From contig WAIB01000007.1 in NCBI GenBank assembly GCA_009873655.1, positions 10,718 to 74,717 on the forward strand: a stretch of DNA of 64,000 nt, given 5' to 3'. A program made the position numbers and the translations under genes. The DNA is from Nitrospinota bacterium. Lineage in GTDB: Bacteria > Nitrospinota > Nitrospinia > Nitrospinales > VA-1. Position 1 is the first letter of the stretch; each line of letters starts with the position of its first letter. The notes beneath the pieces are model-generated. The model worked only from the letters and a program-made list of their open reading frames with translations. It did no database searches and was not told the origin of the DNA. This document shows positions 1 to 8,656 of the stretch, one piece after another.

Positions 1-415
1 TTTCGTTTTTGCTTGATATATGGATCTCAAGACGGTCTTGAATTCCATATTTGAACTCATTGGAATTTTTTTCCGATTTTAGTTTTTCGGACCATTCAAT
101 GATGGTAACGGCCGGGCTATATATAATTTCCTCCAATCCCAAATTGATAATTTCGGCTTCTTCTTCAAGGCGGTAGAGATCAACATGAAAAATCGGAATT
201 TTTGCATGGTATTCATTAATCAGCGTGAAAGTGGGGCTCCTTATATAGGCCTCTTTTTCTAATCCGACTCCCTGGCAAATGCCTTGTGTCAGGCAGGTTT
301 TGCCTGCACCTAAATCACCAAAAAGGAGAATCAGGTCGCCTGCAATCAGCCTGGCTCCAATTTTTTCCCCCAGCTCAAGTGTTTCATCTGCGCTTCGAGT
401 AGTAATTTGAATCAT
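1..415 (-). CDS. tsaE: tRNA threonylcarbamoyladenosine biosynthesis ATPase TsaE (YjeE), truncated at the C-terminus by the window edge
   Basis: It is absent from the ORF track because it runs off the left edge. My minus-strand translation from the ATG at 415 reads MIQITTRSADETLELGEKIGARLIAGDLILLFGDLGAGKTCLTQG..., which contains the TsaE P-loop GDLGAGKT. The ATG overlaps the nnr stop codon (ATGA at 415-412). Confidence 0.75.
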   Translation of the reverse strand, partial: MIQITTRSADETLELGEKIGARLIAGDLILLFGDLGAGKTCLTQGICQGVGLEKEAYIRSPTFTLINEYHAKIPIFHVDLYRLEEEAEIINLGLEEIIYSPAVTIIEWSEKLKSEKNSNEFKYGIQDRLEIHISSKNE

Positions 416-1953
416 GGAAGAACTCTTTTCAAGGCATCCGGCAGGTTACGTAAAAGGTCACCTGCAATCAGGTTGGTTTGAGATTCACTTTCTGCAAATA
501 AATCACCTGTATATCCATGAATATAAGCTCCTGCCAGGGAAGCGTTTTTGAGTGAAATATTTTGCGCGGCCAGGCCGGCGATGATTCCTGTTAAAACATC
601 TCCCGAACCGCCTGTAGCCATTCCTGGATTACCCGTTGGGTTGATATAAACGTTCCCATCCGGGGTTCCTATCAAACTGGGGGCTCCTTTCAGGAGCAGA
701 ACAAGGGAATGCTTTTGCGCGAATCGAGTGGTCACGCCAATTCTATCTTCCTGAATTTCCTGAGTAGACATTCCCGTCAATCTTGACATCTCTTTGGGGT
801 GGGGTGTAAGAACTGCGGATTTAACATTGTCCAGCCAATCTATATTCTTTTCCAAAGCGTTGAGGGCATCGGCATCCAAAACCAAGGGACATTGGATTAA
901 GGGCAGTATTTCCCCTATTAACTCCACGGTTTCAGGATCGGTTGTAAGGCCCGGACCCATGGCTGCAATTGACTTTCCCTCGAGCAATTTCAATATGGGT
1001 TCTTTTGCTTTTATAGAAAGAGAACCGGATGCGGTTTCCGGGAGGGGCACTGTCATGACTTCCATGGGATGCAGTTCAAAGGCTTTTTGGCAGGTTTCGG
1101 GTAAAGCCAGGGTACATAAACCACAGCCTGACCTTAAAGCTGCAAGCGCGGTCAACCCCGCTGCTCCTGTTTTGCCTCTTGACCCCGCCAAAACCAAAAC
1201 ATGACCGTAGCTGCCTTTATGTGCATCGGGTTGGCGCGGTTGGAAAATACTTTTGATATCTTCTTCTTCCAAAAGATGGATTTGGACGTTTTTATCATCG
1301 CGTTCGGGTATCCCTATGTCCAGCACCTCCACTTTTTTCATGGCTCCGGCGGAGGGGTGTAAAAGATGACTTTGCTTCATTGAAGCCAGTGCAAAGGTTA
1401 TGTCTGAAAGAACATGAGGACCGATCAGCTTTCCAGAATCTGAGTCTATTCCCGAGTTAATGTCAACGGAGACGGTATATTTTTCATGCTGGTTGATTTT
1501 GTTGATAACCGTTTCCAAAAATCCCGTTACGGGTTTTGATAGTCCCGTTCCGAAAAGGGCATCCACAAAAATGTCTGCGTGGCGCAGTTTATGGTCAAAT
1601 TTATTTATATTTTCAGGATTCAACTCCTGTATGGGGATTTCCAGGTTTTCCGCCGAAAGGGCATTTGTTTTTGCATCTCCTTTCAATTCAACAAGGGTTC
1701 CTGCCAGCAATACGGCTGCATTTGCCCCCAGTTGACTCAGGTGACGCGCGATTACAAAACCGTCACCGCCATTGTTCCCTTTGCCGCAGAAAATAATGAT
1801 CTTTTTTGCAGGCAGGTCAGGGAAGATTTCCTGCAATCGTCTGACAATAGCGGTGCCTGCGTTTTCCATTAAGACCACTCCGGGTATACCCATTTCTTCA
1901 ATGGCCCATTGGTCCATGGCCCTCATTTGTTCAGCGGTTAAAACGGTCAGCAA
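412..1953 (-). CDS. nnr: Bifunctional NAD(P)H-hydrate repair enzyme (N-terminal epimerase plus C-terminal ADP-dependent dehydratase)
   Basis: The 513 aa ORF has an N-terminal YjeF_N motif (GKGNNGGDG) and a C-terminal carbohydrate-kinase-like domain with GGSGDVLTG. Confidence 0.9.
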   Translation of the reverse strand: MLTVLTAEQMRAMDQWAIEEMGIPGVVLMENAGTAIVRRLQEIFPDLPAKKIIIFCGKGNNGGDGFVIARHLSQLGANAAVLLAGTLVELKGDAKTNALSAENLEIPIQELNPENINKFDHKLRHADIFVDALFGTGLSKPVTGFLETVINKINQHEKYTVSVDINSGIDSDSGKLIGPHVLSDITFALASMKQSHLLHPSAGAMKKVEVLDIGIPERDDKNVQIHLLEEEDIKSIFQPRQPDAHKGSYGHVLVLAGSRGKTGAAGLTALAALRSGCGLCTLALPETCQKAFELHPMEVMTVPLPETASGSLSIKAKEPILKLLEGKSIAAMGPGLTTDPETVELIGEILPLIQCPLVLDADALNALEKNIDWLDNVKSAVLTPHPKEMSRLTGMSTQEIQEDRIGVTTRFAQKHSLVLLLKGAPSLIGTPDGNVYINPTGNPGMATGGSGDVLTGIIAGLAAQNISLKNASLAGAYIHGYTGDLFAESESQTNLIAGDLLRNLPDALKRVLP

Positions 1954-2016
1954 CGATCTTCTCCCTGGAAAAACAGACTTTTAAATTGGTATATTACCAC
2001 TTCTTTGTTATCTGGA

Positions 2017-2637
2017 TTAAACGTAGATGGAATAAGGAAAATCCTGGGAATATGTTAGGGACATTTCTTCGCGAGTAGGAATCAGGCCATTAATAACACC
2101 GAAAAGGTAAGGACAATCAAACCCTAAGGCGCGTTTCTGCTTTTGGGTCAGAGAATTGAAGTGATCTTCATTTGTCTTGAAATTCCAATCAAAAAAATAA
2201 TTTTTGAGAAAGTTTTCCAAATAAATGGGCTGTGCTTTTAATTCGGGAAGTTGGCTGATTCTTTCTTTGTCACTGTCATGGTTGTAATTGAAGATGAACC
2301 GAATCAAAACGTCATAAAGAAAAGAAAAATGGTAAGAGTTCATATGCTGCCATAATGTAAAATTTCCCAGCCCCGATTCTAATATATGGCAGATTTGTTT
2401 TATGTAAGTCAGGGACCTGGTTTTTCCCGAATAGGGATAAAACTGTAGCAGGTCCTCTCCCCAAAAGGGTGAAGGTTGTCTTGCAATAAAAGCGATTACT
2501 TCCTTTTCCTCCTGCAAGGCAACCTCGATTAAATGGAGAGGGTTGAACCGCTGGTTGTAATCCTCGTCTGGTGTTAAAACAACATTGGTGTTGCTTGAGA
2601 GGAATGGCTCGTAAATATTATTTTTGAAAACCAGCAT
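2017..2637 (-). CDS. Hypothetical cytoplasmic protein, paralogue of the 3323..3922 ORF
   Basis: The 206 aa ORF has no signal peptide. It shares an MLVFK(N/K)NIYE N-terminus and the C-terminal blocks NYFF and (P)(Y/C)LFGVIN.L.PT.EE with the 3323..3922 ORF. Confidence 0.6.
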   Translation of the reverse strand: MLVFKNNIYEPFLSSNTNVVLTPDEDYNQRFNPLHLIEVALQEEKEVIAFIARQPSPFWGEDLLQFYPYSGKTRSLTYIKQICHILESGLGNFTLWQHMNSYHFSFLYDVLIRFIFNYNHDSDKERISQLPELKAQPIYLENFLKNYFFDWNFKTNEDHFNSLTQKQKRALGFDCPYLFGVINGLIPTREEMSLTYSQDFPYSIYV

Positions 2638-2737
2638 GTCGGCTCTTTTGCAGGATGAATCAAAATGGATTTATTTAAAAAGGCCTTAAAAAAAGTTACA
2701 ATGATTCGTCTTAAAAATTAATCAGGAATTATTTTTA

Positions 2738-3310
2738 TTGGAACAATCCCTTTACAATATCAATGTTAAAACCATTTTAGGAGAAGAGCAAGCCCTGTCG
2801 CGATATGATGGAAAAGTTCTGCTCATTGTGAATGTGGCTTCCCAATGCGGTTTTACGGGTCAATATGCAGCCTTGCAAAAGCTTTATGAAAGATATCAGG
2901 ATCAAGGCTTTTGTATCCTGGCTTTTCCAAGCAATGATTTCGGGGGCCAAGAACCCGGGGAAGATGGTGAAATTAACAAATTTTGTATAAGAAAGTTTGG
3001 GGTTTCTTTTCATTTATTCAGCAAGATCCGGGTGCTTGGCCCGAAACAATCCCCTCTCTATCAATATCTTCAGGGGAGTGATTTGATCGCGGTCGAAAAA
3101 AAAGGAATAACCGCATTTTTGATGAAATTTATTTTGGGTCTGATTCTAAAGTTTCGAAGCGATGTGCCCCCTAAACCCAATGACGTGAGGTGGAATTTTC
3201 ATAAATTCTTAATCGACAGGAAAGGGTTTCCGGTTGCGAGGTATTCAAGTGAAATTGAGCCCGATTCTCCCCTGTTAATTAAAAGACTGGAGGAAGAACT
3301 GGGCAAATAG
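2738..3310 (+). CDS. Glutathione peroxidase (Cys-type, BtuE-like)
   Basis: Motifs VNVASQCGFT, LAFPSNDFGGQEPG and WNFHKFLIDRKG are present. It uses a TTG start, and the catalytic residue is Cys with no in-frame TGA. Confidence 0.85.
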   Translation: MEQSLYNINVKTILGEEQALSRYDGKVLLIVNVASQCGFTGQYAALQKLYERYQDQGFCILAFPSNDFGGQEPGEDGEINKFCIRKFGVSFHLFSKIRVLGPKQSPLYQYLQGSDLIAVEKKGITAFLMKFILGLILKFRSDVPPKPNDVRWNFHKFLIDRKGFPVARYSSEIEPDSPLLIKRLEEELGK

Positions 3311-3322
3311 GAAGTAACTTTT

Positions 3323-3922
3323 TTATTTCGTAATATACGGAGTTACAATTGTTGTTTGTAGCCGGGATTCCTCTTCGGTCGGGGTCAATCGGTTAATTAC
3401 CCCGAATAAGCAGGGGTCAGTCAGGTTTAATCTTTTTTTCTCTTCAGGACTCATATTGTTGAATCTGTCAGGGTCCATTAAGAAAGCAGTTCCAAAAAAA
3501 TAATTTTCAAGAAACCGTTCAAAGTCTATGGCCGAACCTTCTAACTCGGGGAAAATCCCTATCCGTTGCTGGGGTTCGGAATAGCTGTAATCCTCAAAGG
3601 TTCCATGCAGGCTGTCGAATAGATAGGTTTGGTGATAGGCATTTAAAGTGTGCCAGGTGCTCCTGTCGATCAGGCCTTCAAATAAATAACGGGACAAGTT
3701 GTTGAGCAGGGAAACGCTTCCGAACAACGAGGCGTGTGGAAACAAGGTTTTCGCCCTTTCCTCCGACTCACTTTCGGGTAATTGATTCAGGCCGAAAAAT
3801 ATTTCGCGGTCTGTCAAAAGAGAATGAAAAATAAAATTATAAGGATCGAAGGACTGATTATCCGTATTTTCAGGGTGGACGGATTCTGATGTTTCGTAAA
3901 TATTTTTTTTAAAAACCAGCAT
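3323..3922 (-). CDS. Hypothetical cytoplasmic protein, paralogue of the 2017..2637 ORF
   Basis: The 199 aa ORF shows the same N-terminal and C-terminal blocks as the 2017..2637 ORF. Confidence 0.6.
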   Translation of the reverse strand: MLVFKKNIYETSESVHPENTDNQSFDPYNFIFHSLLTDREIFFGLNQLPESESEERAKTLFPHASLFGSVSLLNNLSRYLFEGLIDRSTWHTLNAYHQTYLFDSLHGTFEDYSYSEPQQRIGIFPELEGSAIDFERFLENYFFGTAFLMDPDRFNNMSPEEKKRLNLTDPCLFGVINRLTPTEEESRLQTTIVTPYITK

Positions 3923-4021
3923 GAAAAAATTATTCTGCAGGATGTTTTAATGGTTCAGGTGAAATAAAATTTGCCGTTATAGTTTTAATGGGAACTAAGG
4001 ATATTTCAATTTAAAAATGAA

Positions 4022-5356
4022 ATGAAAGATATATTAGATGGCCTGCCGTTGGGTCCGCAACGGGAAGAATTTGAAAGGATGTTGGGTCAGGTACGGAGCA
4101 GAACCAAAAAAGTTTTGGATTGGGCATCCATCCACTCTCCAAACGCTTCCATGCAGGTTGACTATCAAACCCTGAAAGACCCGGGAGTTTGCCCTGAAAA
4201 TTTTTCCAGGCTGGTAATTGGGAAACTCAATGGGGGTCTCGGTACCAGCATGGGCTGTGCCGGACCCAAATCCCTTATAAAAGTGAGAGGTGAGAAAACC
4301 TTTTTAGACTTGATTGTCGAACAGGTTCGTGAATTGAATGCAAAGTGGAATACCCAAATTCCTTTGCTGTTGATGAACAGTTTTTACACGGAAAAAGAAA
4401 TCGGGAAGTTTGTTGAAAATATTGACTTGCCCCTGATTTCCTTCACGCAAAACAAATTCCCCCGCTTGAGCGCGGAATCCCTTTTACCTTTAAACCTCGA
4501 TGAGTGGGGAGGCCAGGCCTGGTATCCTCCTGGTCATGGAGATTTTTACAATTGCATTGCCGAACAGGAAATATTGAGAAGTTTGATTGAAAAAGGCAAA
4601 GATATTCTCTTCATATCCAATGCCGACAATCTGGGTGCTGTGGCAGATTCAAAAATTCTCCACTATATGATCGAAAAGGAGATCCCCTTTTTAATGGAAG
4701 TGACCCCAAAAACCCCGGCTGATGTTAAGGGGGGAACCTTGTACGAACAAAACGGGAAACTAAAGCTCCTTGAAATCGCCCAGGTGCCGGAAGAACACAT
4801 TGATGAGTTTTGCAGCCAGGAAAAATTCTCGGTTTTTAATACAAATAATATTTGGATGAATCTGGTAGCGCTTGAAAAGAAAATGAGTGAAGGACCGCTG
4901 AATTTGAATGTGATCGTTAACGAAAAAAAGATTCAGGGAACGCCCGTCGTGCAATTGGAAACCGCTATTGGTTCCGCATTGGATTGTTTTGATGGAGCCG
5001 TGGGACTGTGTGTTTCCAGAGACAGGTTTATGCCGGTCAAAAAAACCGAAGACCTTCTTTTGGTGCAATCGAATTTATTCAACCTGGAGGGGGGCAGGCT
5101 TGTGAGGAATAAGGAAAGAAAGGCGGCTCATCTTCCTGAAATAATATTTGGCAGCCCACTGGATCAGGTCGATCGCTTCAAGGAATGTTTTTCTGTCATA
5201 CCTGATTTGCTCGAGTTAGAGCTGCTTGAAATGGCAGGCCAGGTTTATTTTTCCGGTTCTGCATCATTAAAAGGGGAGGTTACTTTAAAGGCTGTTAATA
5301 AAAAACTGAGTATCGAAAACGGAAAGCGGATAGAAGACGAGCGTATTGAATGCTGA
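4022..5356 (+). CDS. UTP--glucose-1-phosphate uridylyltransferase, eukaryotic-type (UDPGP family)
   Basis: The 444 aa ORF carries the UDPGP signature KLNGGLGTSMGC and SNADNLGA. Confidence 0.8.
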   Translation: MKDILDGLPLGPQREEFERMLGQVRSRTKKVLDWASIHSPNASMQVDYQTLKDPGVCPENFSRLVIGKLNGGLGTSMGCAGPKSLIKVRGEKTFLDLIVEQVRELNAKWNTQIPLLLMNSFYTEKEIGKFVENIDLPLISFTQNKFPRLSAESLLPLNLDEWGGQAWYPPGHGDFYNCIAEQEILRSLIEKGKDILFISNADNLGAVADSKILHYMIEKEIPFLMEVTPKTPADVKGGTLYEQNGKLKLLEIAQVPEEHIDEFCSQEKFSVFNTNNIWMNLVALEKKMSEGPLNLNVIVNEKKIQGTPVVQLETAIGSALDCFDGAVGLCVSRDRFMPVKKTEDLLLVQSNLFNLEGGRLVRNKERKAAHLPEIIFGSPLDQVDRFKECFSVIPDLLELELLEMAGQVYFSGSASLKGEVTLKAVNKKLSIENGKRIEDERIEC

Positions 5357-5542
5357 AAAACTCAAATATTCCCTCAGCTTTATTTGCGTTCGGAAAAAAA
5401 GCCTTTTAAAGCATAGGAAAAATGCCTAATAAAATTATAGGAAAAATGGATATTTGATGCGCTTTCCAACCTGTTTTTTTATCTAAAAATCAATATATAT
5501 GCTTATAAAATAAGTTATTACTGTTATTTTCCCAAATAAACA

Positions 5543-5570
5543 TTGACATGCGCTGATTCCTAAGTATACT
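5543..5570 (+). promoter_or_regulatory. Candidate sigma70 promoter P1 (TTGACA, 16 nt spacer, TATACT)
   Basis: TTGACA lies at 5543-5548 and TATACT at 5565-5570, about 200 nt upstream of the ATG at 5771. Confidence 0.5.
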
Positions 5571-5599
5571 TTGCGCATATACAGATTAGGGCCTATAAT
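5571..5599 (+). promoter_or_regulatory. Candidate sigma70 promoter P2 (TTGCGC, 17 nt spacer, TATAAT)
   Basis: TTGCGC lies at 5571-5576 and a perfect TATAAT at 5594-5599. The -10 element overlaps the palindrome TAGGGCCTA (5587-5595). Confidence 0.45.
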
Positions 5600-5770
5600 T
5601 AGTATAGGAAAAATCCTAGTGTAATGGGTTCTTATTTGAAAAAAATACCTTCAGTCGCTGGGAGGTAAGCGGTTCTTTGAAATGTTCACTAAAGGGAGAG
5701 GGTAATTCGATTACCTTGAAAATATATTTGTAGGTGAACTTTTGTTAACTAGGGTAAGGGAGGATTTACT

Positions 5771-6202
5771 ATGAAAAAACTCGCTATAGTTTTACTCGTC
5801 ACCATTGCATCATTTTGCCTCGCAGCTTCTGCATTTGCAGGCAGTGTCGCTCCGGGCGGAATGGCTAAATGTAACAATGCAAGTACCATAAAAATCGAAA
5901 CTGCCGGTAGTGGAGATGCAGAAGATAGAGGAAGCGCCAATGGGTACCTCTGGAAATCATCTAATTTCACAACGGTACCATTCACATTAGGACCGAACGA
6001 TCATCAGAGTTTCTCGGGTAATGGTGGTGGAGCTGCAGGTAACAAGCAGGTTCAAATGGCAAGCAAGCATTCCATGGGTCAAAAGTCTGTTACTTTCACC
6101 CATCAAAAAGCTTTCAGCCGTGGTGATTCCATTGGTGACATCAGTGGGGAAGTTCGTATTCACAACACGGGTACCATTCCTGTTTCAGTTACCTGTGGTT
6201 AA
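5771..6202 (+). CDS. Small secreted protein of unknown function
   Basis: The 143 aa ORF has a GGAGG Shine-Dalgarno about 9 nt upstream and a signal peptide MKKLAIVLLVTIASFCLAASAFA. The mature part is Gly/Ser/Thr-rich, with one Cys near each end. A strong terminator follows. Confidence 0.7.
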   Translation: MKKLAIVLLVTIASFCLAASAFAGSVAPGGMAKCNNASTIKIETAGSGDAEDRGSANGYLWKSSNFTTVPFTLGPNDHQSFSGNGGGAAGNKQVQMASKHSMGQKSVTFTHQKAFSRGDSIGDISGEVRIHNTGTIPVSVTCG

Positions 6203-6223
6203 GATTTAAATAGCTTTTATCAA

Positions 6224-6258
6224 GCCGTCCTGATTTTTATCAGGGCGGCTTTTTTTTG
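6224..6258. terminator. Rho-independent terminator, probably bidirectional
   Basis: The stem is GCCGTCCTGAT / ATCAGGGCGGC with one G-T pair and a TTTT loop, followed by T8. The opposite strand shows an A-run, the stem and then a T-rich tail after the uppP stop. Confidence 0.8.
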
Positions 6259-6262
6259 TTTT

Positions 6263-7069
6263 TTAACCGTGATAATAAAAAAGAATTGCGGCGGCCAGTA
6301 CGACTCGATACACAATGAAGGGCATCAACCCCACCTTTTCCACCACTTTTAAAAGTAATTTGATTGCCAGCAGCCCCACCAGAAAACTGGTGGTCAATCC
6401 AACCAGTAAGTGCAGATGGGTGTAGCTTTGAACAGTGGCGGGTTCGGTAAGAAAAGAAATCAGCTTATGGGCACCTGCAGCAAAAATGATGGGTGCTCCA
6501 AGAAGAAACGAAAAGCGGGTTGCCGCAACGTGGTTGAGGTTGCTTAAAAGTCCTGCCGCAATCGTTATCCCGGACCGGGATGTTCCCGGTAAAAGGGCAA
6601 TGGCCTGGGCGCAGCCGATGAAAAAGATTTTAGGGAATCCCAACTCGCTTATTTCCGATTGCGACTTTTCCCGATTTTTTGTAATGCGGTCGGCAAAATA
6701 AAAAACAAGAGACCAGATCAATAGATTTACGCCAACAAATGCAGGGCTCCGTAAACTCGACTCAATCCAATCCGCCGTAAAAAGGCCTATTATTCCCGCA
6801 GGAAGGGAAGCCCAGAAAATGCACCAGGCAACTCTATGGGTATCTCGATTTTTATCAAACAAACCTAATAAAATATCCAACAGGTCATTTTTAAAATAGA
6901 TCAAAATTGCCAACAAGGTTCCCAGGTGCAGAATGGCATCCAGGGCCAGTCCCTGGTCGTTAAAATTAAGTAAAAAAGGGGCGAGAATGAGGTGTCCGGA
7001 ACTGGAAACAGGTAAAAACTCGGTCAATCCCTGAATTATTCCTAGAATTATGATTTGAATCAGTTCCAT
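6263..7069 (-). CDS. uppP: Undecaprenyl-diphosphate phosphatase
   Basis: The 268 aa polytopic membrane protein carries the BacA motifs GLTEFLPVSSSGHL and PGTSRSG. Confidence 0.9.
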   Translation of the reverse strand: MELIQIIILGIIQGLTEFLPVSSSGHLILAPFLLNFNDQGLALDAILHLGTLLAILIYFKNDLLDILLGLFDKNRDTHRVAWCIFWASLPAGIIGLFTADWIESSLRSPAFVGVNLLIWSLVFYFADRITKNREKSQSEISELGFPKIFFIGCAQAIALLPGTSRSGITIAAGLLSNLNHVAATRFSFLLGAPIIFAAGAHKLISFLTEPATVQSYTHLHLLVGLTTSFLVGLLAIKLLLKVVEKVGLMPFIVYRVVLAAAILFYYHG

Positions 7070-7462
7070 TTTTATAATGAATCCAAAGTTGGAGGCAGAC
7101 GATTTGGTGCAGCCAGGGGATTCAGGGGGTGGAGTTGATTGGCTTTGTCAATGATTTGCCAGACGTATTAATTACTTCTGTTTTTTTTGAATGAACCTGG
7201 GAAGAATTCATGAAGCCCGACGTAAATCAGTCAGGCCTTCCACCCGTGAATACTACTCCTTGCTAAAGCCTTGAATCAAGGAAAAAGAAACTCCGAAGGC
7301 ATTATTTTGTAAAGAGGTTTGGAATTGCCGGGGTATTTAAATTGTGATATCTTACGCCTGCAGTTGTCAGATTTCATAAGAATTTAGAAGGTTGCCTCCG
7401 CACAAGCCTGAGTCACGTCCTTTCGGTTTGGCCTATCCTTAGTTGATAAAAAGTTTTTTATA

Positions 7463-8629
7463 ATGAGAGAATTTTCACGCATAAAAAGACTTCCCCCCTA
7501 TGTGCTTGGGATTGTGAATGACCTGAAGTCCCAAGCTCGCAGAAGAGGGGAGGACATTATCGATTTCGGGCTGGGAAATCCTGACATGGCCACCCCGAAT
7601 CATATCGTCGAAAAATTGATCGAGTCCGCCGAAAAAGAGGCCAACCACCGCTACTCACTCTCTAAGGGAATTTATAAGCTTCGATTAGCTATATGTGACT
7701 GGTACAAAAGAAATTTTGATGTGGACCTGGATCCAAACTCAGAAGCAATCGCAACAATAGGTTCAAAAGAAGGGATAGCTCATCTTGCTTTGGCAATCAC
7801 AACCCCAGGCGATTCGGTTTTGGTTCCAACTCCGACATACCCTATTCACACTTATGCCTTTATTCTGGCAAATGGGGATGTCATCCACGTGCCCCTCGGT
7901 CCTGATTCAGATTTTTTTGAAGGATTGCTGGATGCTTTTAAACGAAACTGGCCTCGACCGAAAGCCATGGTCATAAATTTCCCCCATAATCCCACCACAC
8001 AGGTGGTTGATATCCAGTTTTTCGAAAAAGTAGTGGAGTTTGCAAAAGAGCATGATTTAATTGTTATTCACGACTTTGCTTATGGGGATATCGTATTTGA
8101 CGGCTACAAAGCCCCCAGTTTTTTACAGGTTCCCGGGGCAAAAGATGTGGGAATAGAGTTTTTTACTTTGTCAAAAAGTTATAATATGCCGGGTTGGCGT
8201 GTGGGATTCGCGGTTGGGAATAAAGAAATAATACATGCCCTGGCGAGGATAAAAAGTTATCAGGACTATGGTATGTTCCAACCCATCCAGATTGCGGCAA
8301 CGGTTGCGTTGAATGGCCCCAGAGATTGCGTCGAGGAAATAGCAGAAACCTATCGTAGCCGACGCAATGTCTTGTGTGAATCGCTAAACCGAATGGGTTG
8401 GGATATTACCCCTCCAAAGGCCACCATGATGGTATGGGCAGAAATTCCTGACCAGTTTAAAAAAATGGGTTCGCTTGAGTTTTCTAAAATGCTATTGGAA
8501 AAAGCCAAAGTGGCTGTCGCCCCGGGAATTGGTTTCGGGGAGGGAGGCGATAATTTTGTTCGCTTTTCCCTTGTAGAAAACGAGCATCGGATTCGCCAGG
8601 CTGTCCGGGGAATCCGTGAAGTCTTGTAA
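7463..8629 (+). CDS. PLP-dependent class I/II aminotransferase (AlaC/aspartate aminotransferase-like)
   Basis: The 388 aa ORF contains FGLGNPD, NFPHNPT and the PLP-lysine context [13 protein letters not shown]. It is the first gene of the hom-thrC operon. Confidence 0.8.
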   Translation: MREFSRIKRLPPYVLGIVNDLKSQARRRGEDIIDFGLGNPDMATPNHIVEKLIESAEKEANHRYSLSKGIYKLRLAICDWYKRNFDVDLDPNSEAIATIGSKEGIAHLALAITTPGDSVLVPTPTYPIHTYAFILANGDVIHVPLGPDSDFFEGLLDAFKRNWPRPKAMVINFPHNPTTQVVDIQFFEKVVEFAKEHDLIVIHDFAYGDIVFDGYKAPSFLQVPGAKDVGIEFFTLSKSYNMPGWRVGFAVGNKEIIHALARIKSYQDYGMFQPIQIAATVALNGPRDCVEEIAETYRSRRNVLCESLNRMGWDITPPKATMMVWAEIPDQFKKMGSLEFSKMLLEKAKVAVAPGIGFGEGGDNFVRFSLVENEHRIRQAVRGIREVL

Positions 8630-8656
8630 TGCGAATGTTTTTAAAATGGGAAAAAA

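Noticed and set aside
3077-3184. An apparent hydrophobic insertion of about 35 residues in the glutathione peroxidase, before the WNF.KFL block.
   Set aside because: Bacterial BtuE-type peroxidases carry a segment of comparable length at this position, so it is probably family-typical rather than novel.
2738-3310. Possible selenocysteine-containing glutathione peroxidase.
   Set aside because: The catalytic codon is TGC (Cys, in VASQCGFT). There is no in-frame TGA and no SECIS-like hairpin is needed.
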